NCBI GenBank assembly: GCA_965235115.1
Contig: OZ249436.1
Location: 48,486,001 to 48,550,000 of the forward strand
Reading direction: 5' to 3'
DNA length: 64,000 nucleotides
Source: Laetmonice hystrix
Taxonomy: Eukaryota
A model generated the notes under the pieces. That model was not told the DNA's origin and did not search any database. It saw nothing but the letters and a program-made list of their open reading frames with translations. A program made the position numbers and the translations under genes. The first letter of the stretch is position 1. Every line of letters starts with the position of its first letter. Positions 60,083 to 64,000 of the stretch are shown one piece after another.

Positions 60083-61552
60083 AGGGGGTCCGTTATTTTC
60101 TTTTTAACAACAAACATGGGTTCTTTGAACAAGGACACCAAAGTTTTTGATAACCCGGATGCGGGACACTGGAGAAGGTCATTGACATGAGACGCCACAA
60201 TCACCAGATTACGTCACAGTCAATATCGGCCGATAAAATCTACAAGATAAATAGGTTCCCCACCATACTCAATGCTTGCTGGGCTTTGTAAAAATATACA
60301 AATGCTGGCAGCTATAAAAGATGTGTTCAAATAGATGCGGTTTGATAATAGAAACCTATCTGGACCTATCTAAATCTGCCTAATCTTTCTAAATCTATCT
60401 AAATTAAAACTATTTGACTTTAGCGGACAAATCCCCCACCGGACATTTCTGCACCTGAGCAAGCCTACCAGTGAGAAGGCTGTCCTACCCATGTACCAGA
60501 CAGAAGGTGATACCTGCCTGTCTGGTACCGCCCCTGTCCCGACAGTGGTGCTAAATAGCGAAATCTGTCATCAGGAGTTTAGTTTTACTAACTTGACTTT
60601 TGTCACTCCTAATAAATACAAAGTTGTTTTTCACAGTAAATTCTCCCCCTTGTTCAATATTTATTTTTGTTAATGTAGTTTAAAGGCCTGGAATAGAGCA
60701 TAAAAAGTAAGAGACCGACCAATCGGGGTGTAAAAAGACCGTTTGTGTATGGATGTGTAGCAGACCGCTGCCATGGCAAAATCGACAGTGCGATCGATTC
60801 ATGCGTTGGAGCGATTAAGTCAACACATGATGCGGGCTGCTCTCCACACGCCTCATGCCAGCGAAACAATGTCGTTAAACTTCAAATCTATAGACCAACT
60901 CTTACTGCCCAGCGACAATCCAATCAAGATACCTGACTCTGTATGAATACAGCTCATCCCGGGACAAAAGATGTATACATGGGGAGGTTAGATTACACGG
61001 AAAAAAGACCCCTGGCCCCATCCAAATATCGCTTTAGTTCTCTGCCATGTCCATTCTATAGTGTTGGACGCTTGCGGGCAAAATATCAATTGGACAAATG
61101 ACGGGGGAACATGCCAATTTAAATTCTCAATCACTGCTGGAGATTGAGACGCCGCCTGAGGAGAACCGGAAATGTGCGCGATGAGCCGAGATCTCGCGTG
61201 GCAAGCGTCCCGGTATATTATAGCTCCAGCAAGAATGCACACTTTGGTAGGAGGTGGGGAGAGGGTTTGAATGGTCGATATGATAACAAATGTTGAATTA
61301 TCAGGGAGGAATCGGGATAGAGAATAATAATGTTCAATTGAGAAACTTTGAAATCAAATGGCCTGCTTTAAAGGCCCGTAGGAATATTGTAGGCTATTCA
61401 TTCTTTCCGAAGCCGGCATGAGTGAAAGACAGCAGTTAGCGCCTGTACACTGGTAGGCCTAAGGGTGCTGCCTTTTCTTGCTCGTCGCCTCCATTTAATG
61501 AGGAAAACACCCTGGGCAACAGCCACACATGCAGGCTGTATGACGTAGGCCA

Positions 61553-61680
61553 GGATTTGGATTTGCTTTGGGGGTTTACACATTAACAGCCAGGGGCATA
61601 CGGCGGTCAGTTTGATTGGTCGAGGAAACGGAAGTAGATTCTCCCCTGGGAAAACCAACGATCTTACAGCAGGTACCTGT
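61553..61680 (-). mobile_element. Old, diverged SINE copy
   Basis: AACAGCCAGGGGCATACGGCGGTCAGTTTGATTGGTCGAGGAAACGGA...GAAAACCAACGA resembles the SINE 3' half and core. Confidence 0.6.
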
Positions 61681-62556
61681 AGACTGAATAAAGGTCGTGA
61701 CTGCTACTGATTATGCCATGATAACCAAGCATGGTTGGCTGCAACGAGCAGTTTCTAAGAAATTACACAAAAATTGCAGCTCTATCCAAAATCGGTCTGA
61801 ATTTATAGGTTCCATAGGAATCGCGAGTGAAATTCACATTAGCTCTACTTCCACTCATAAACTTCGATGTTATAGGTTTGGCAATAGAGTTTGGTTTATA
61901 TATTAAATTTATAGCTTGAGATATTGAAAGTACCTACACCATAGACCAATAATATAAATGGCGTGTTTCCTTCAGATGGCCCTGCGGGTTGCTGCAGGGC
62001 CATTACTCACGTATGGCTCAAAGCAGGATGTAACGATTTTGAAATCTAATGCCGTACTAGGCATCCACATTTCTTAGGGAGAACCTCCAAGTTTTAAAAG
62101 TATCGTTTGATAGGTCTCTTTTCCTGTTGATGACATATTATCTCTGTCAGACTCGTTTGTTAAAAATAGACATTTTGCCATAGGTGGCCTATTGCTAAGG
62201 AGAAATTTTAAAAGCTTTTGCTAGGCGACAGAATAACATTACCTCTACATCAATATGTCCATTTTAATCCTTTAGCTATTAATGTAATTGACATTGATTT
62301 GATACAGATTGCCTATAATATTGTGATGCCGGTTGCTAAGGACGTTAGAACAGTTAATTGGTTGCTAGGCAACAAAATCTCAATTAATGGCCCAGAATGT
62401 TACTTGGCAAACAAAATGTTAGATTTAGACGAAACAATGTCATTCGGAAAAGTTGTTTACCAATGTTTGCTCAACAATTCCTCAGACAAGTGCTAGTGTG
62501 AGGCCAAAAATTTGTTTGAGACAGATTTTTTTTAAATTTTGCAGATAAACAGAGTA

Positions 62557-62981
62557 TGTTATCCTCTTTCAAAATTCAGCAAAAAATGATACCTCACCTG
62601 CTTAGTTTTTTTGTTAAGAGCGTTTGAAGTTGGTATGTTCTTCATGTTAATGAATACACTGTTTGCAAATTTTTTTACCACTTTTATTTGTCAGAACGGT
62701 GTTATGACAAATAGAAGTGGTTAAAAAAAAAGAGAAAAAAATTTTGACTTTGAACATTTTCACTGTGGTGTAAATGAGCAAAAGTGAAAATGTTCAAAAT
62801 CAAACTTTTTTTTACCACTTCTATAACTTCAACACCGTTATGACAAATAGAAGTGGTAAAAAAAATTGCAAACAGTCTATTCATTAATTAACATGACGAA
62901 CATACTAATTTCAAACGCTCTTAACAAAAAAAATAACCCGGTGAGGTATCATTTTTTGCTGAATTTTAAAAGAGGACAACA
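62557..62981. repeat. Large imperfect AT-rich palindrome (~425 bp)
   Basis: Outer arms of about 145 bp (AAAATTCAGCAAAAAATGATACCTCACC / GGTGAGGTATCATTTTTTGCTGAATTTT). Inner arms ATAGAAGTGG..TTTGAACATTTTCACT / AGTGAAAATGTTCAAA..CCACTTCTAT. Confidence 0.9.
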
Positions 62982-64000
62982 GTGCAGCCTTTTGGGTATC
63001 CTGCATTACAATAATGTCGGTGTTAGTGAAACATTCCGGGAGTAAACTACGTCTCCTCCAGTGGTGGATTCAGGGGAGGGGCTACGGGGGTTTCTTTGCT
63101 TGAAAGGTCAAACCAAACATACAACCCCGCACCCCCTTATATCCTTATATCCCGAACTTCCTAAACTACTCCTGCTCAAAGCCCGGGGGTGGGGGGTTAA
63201 AACATTGACTGGTTGCTGCACGAACCTGCCTTGACCAAGCAGTGGAATTGCTTCTGACAATGATGACTTGTCTGCGTCGGTCTGGATGTGTATTCATTGG
63301 CAGTGGTGGTTTACAAGGAGGGGGGAGAGGACAGGAGTAATGGAAGCCAACAGTCTGATTAACCCTCCTCGGTCAATCTTTCCTACTGACGCTGGCCAAG
63401 GTCAAGGTCATGGGGTTTGCGGCGGTAGAACGGGTTCAGTATTCCTGAACTCTTGTCGCTGCCAAACACATGGAGTTAGCAAGGGCTCAAGGTGGAAAAG
63501 GCCAAAGTGGTTTGAAAAGTTCAATGACCGTTTCCATTCGGTGTCCCGAGCAGTCCTTATTGGGGTTGAACTGCGCAGACTCAGTAGTATGATTAGCGTC
63601 AATAGTGAAACAAGAGCCCCAGTAGCGCAAAACGCCAACTCTAATGAACACCGCAGTCTGAGGGCAGAGAACCTTTGATTTATTAACGACCTTTGAAGTA
63701 TTTGAAGACCAAGCAACGCCTCTCCAGCTTCACCTCTTTAATTGATAAAGAGCTTTACGTTTACCGCATCTTTAACATGTAGGCAACTAACTGATGAATT
63801 ACATGTTCACGGAGAAAAGGCGAGGAGATAGAAATAGGTTATGTATTATCTACCCGATAACGTGGCACGGTCTGCCGGCTAATCTGTCTCTCTCTATGAA
63901 TATTTCAGAGATGTCTGTCAGTGCGTACGTCCTGTAGTACATTTCGTGCTGTTTATGGGATATAAATGTGCTTCTTCATAATTTGCCGTGTGCTTATGAC

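Overview
This is animal genomic DNA, not prokaryotic: a bilaterian invertebrate, plausibly a spiralian/lophotrochozoan (inference from the TLR type and the SINE core). It is repeat-rich and holds two host protein-coding genes, both on the + strand. (1) A Toll-like receptor of the multiple-cysteine-cluster (protostome-type) class, with an intronless CDS at 775-3147. (2) The large first coding exon (38880-39719) of a K+-dependent Na+/Ca2+ exchanger of the NCKX1/2 (SLC24A2, Nckx30C)-like group. I recognised no further exons of it, so its intron probably runs past the window end. The rest is a patchwork of non-autonomous DNA transposons (PIF/Harbinger-, Kolobok-, EnSpm/CACTA-, hAT- and Tc1-like MITEs), a tRNA-derived SINE family, a 5'-truncated LINE RT, about 10 minisatellites, compound microsatellites and a near-identical 1 kb tandem duplication. 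There is no CRISPR array or prokaryote-type system. Best leads: (a) the TLR ends in a textbook acidic-cluster DxxLL (GGA-type) sorting signal; (b) the palindrome TAGGCCTA is strongly over-represented, at least 17 copies against about 1 expected, possibly a transposon excision scar; (c) the TLR 3' UTR appears built from a decayed CACTA-like element; (d) a photoreceptor-like Onecut/Otx/RFX motif cluster lies upstream of the NCKX exon; (e) palindromic elements are capped by C-GAA-G mini-hairpins. All superfamily calls were made by eye from termini and target-site duplications and need database confirmation.
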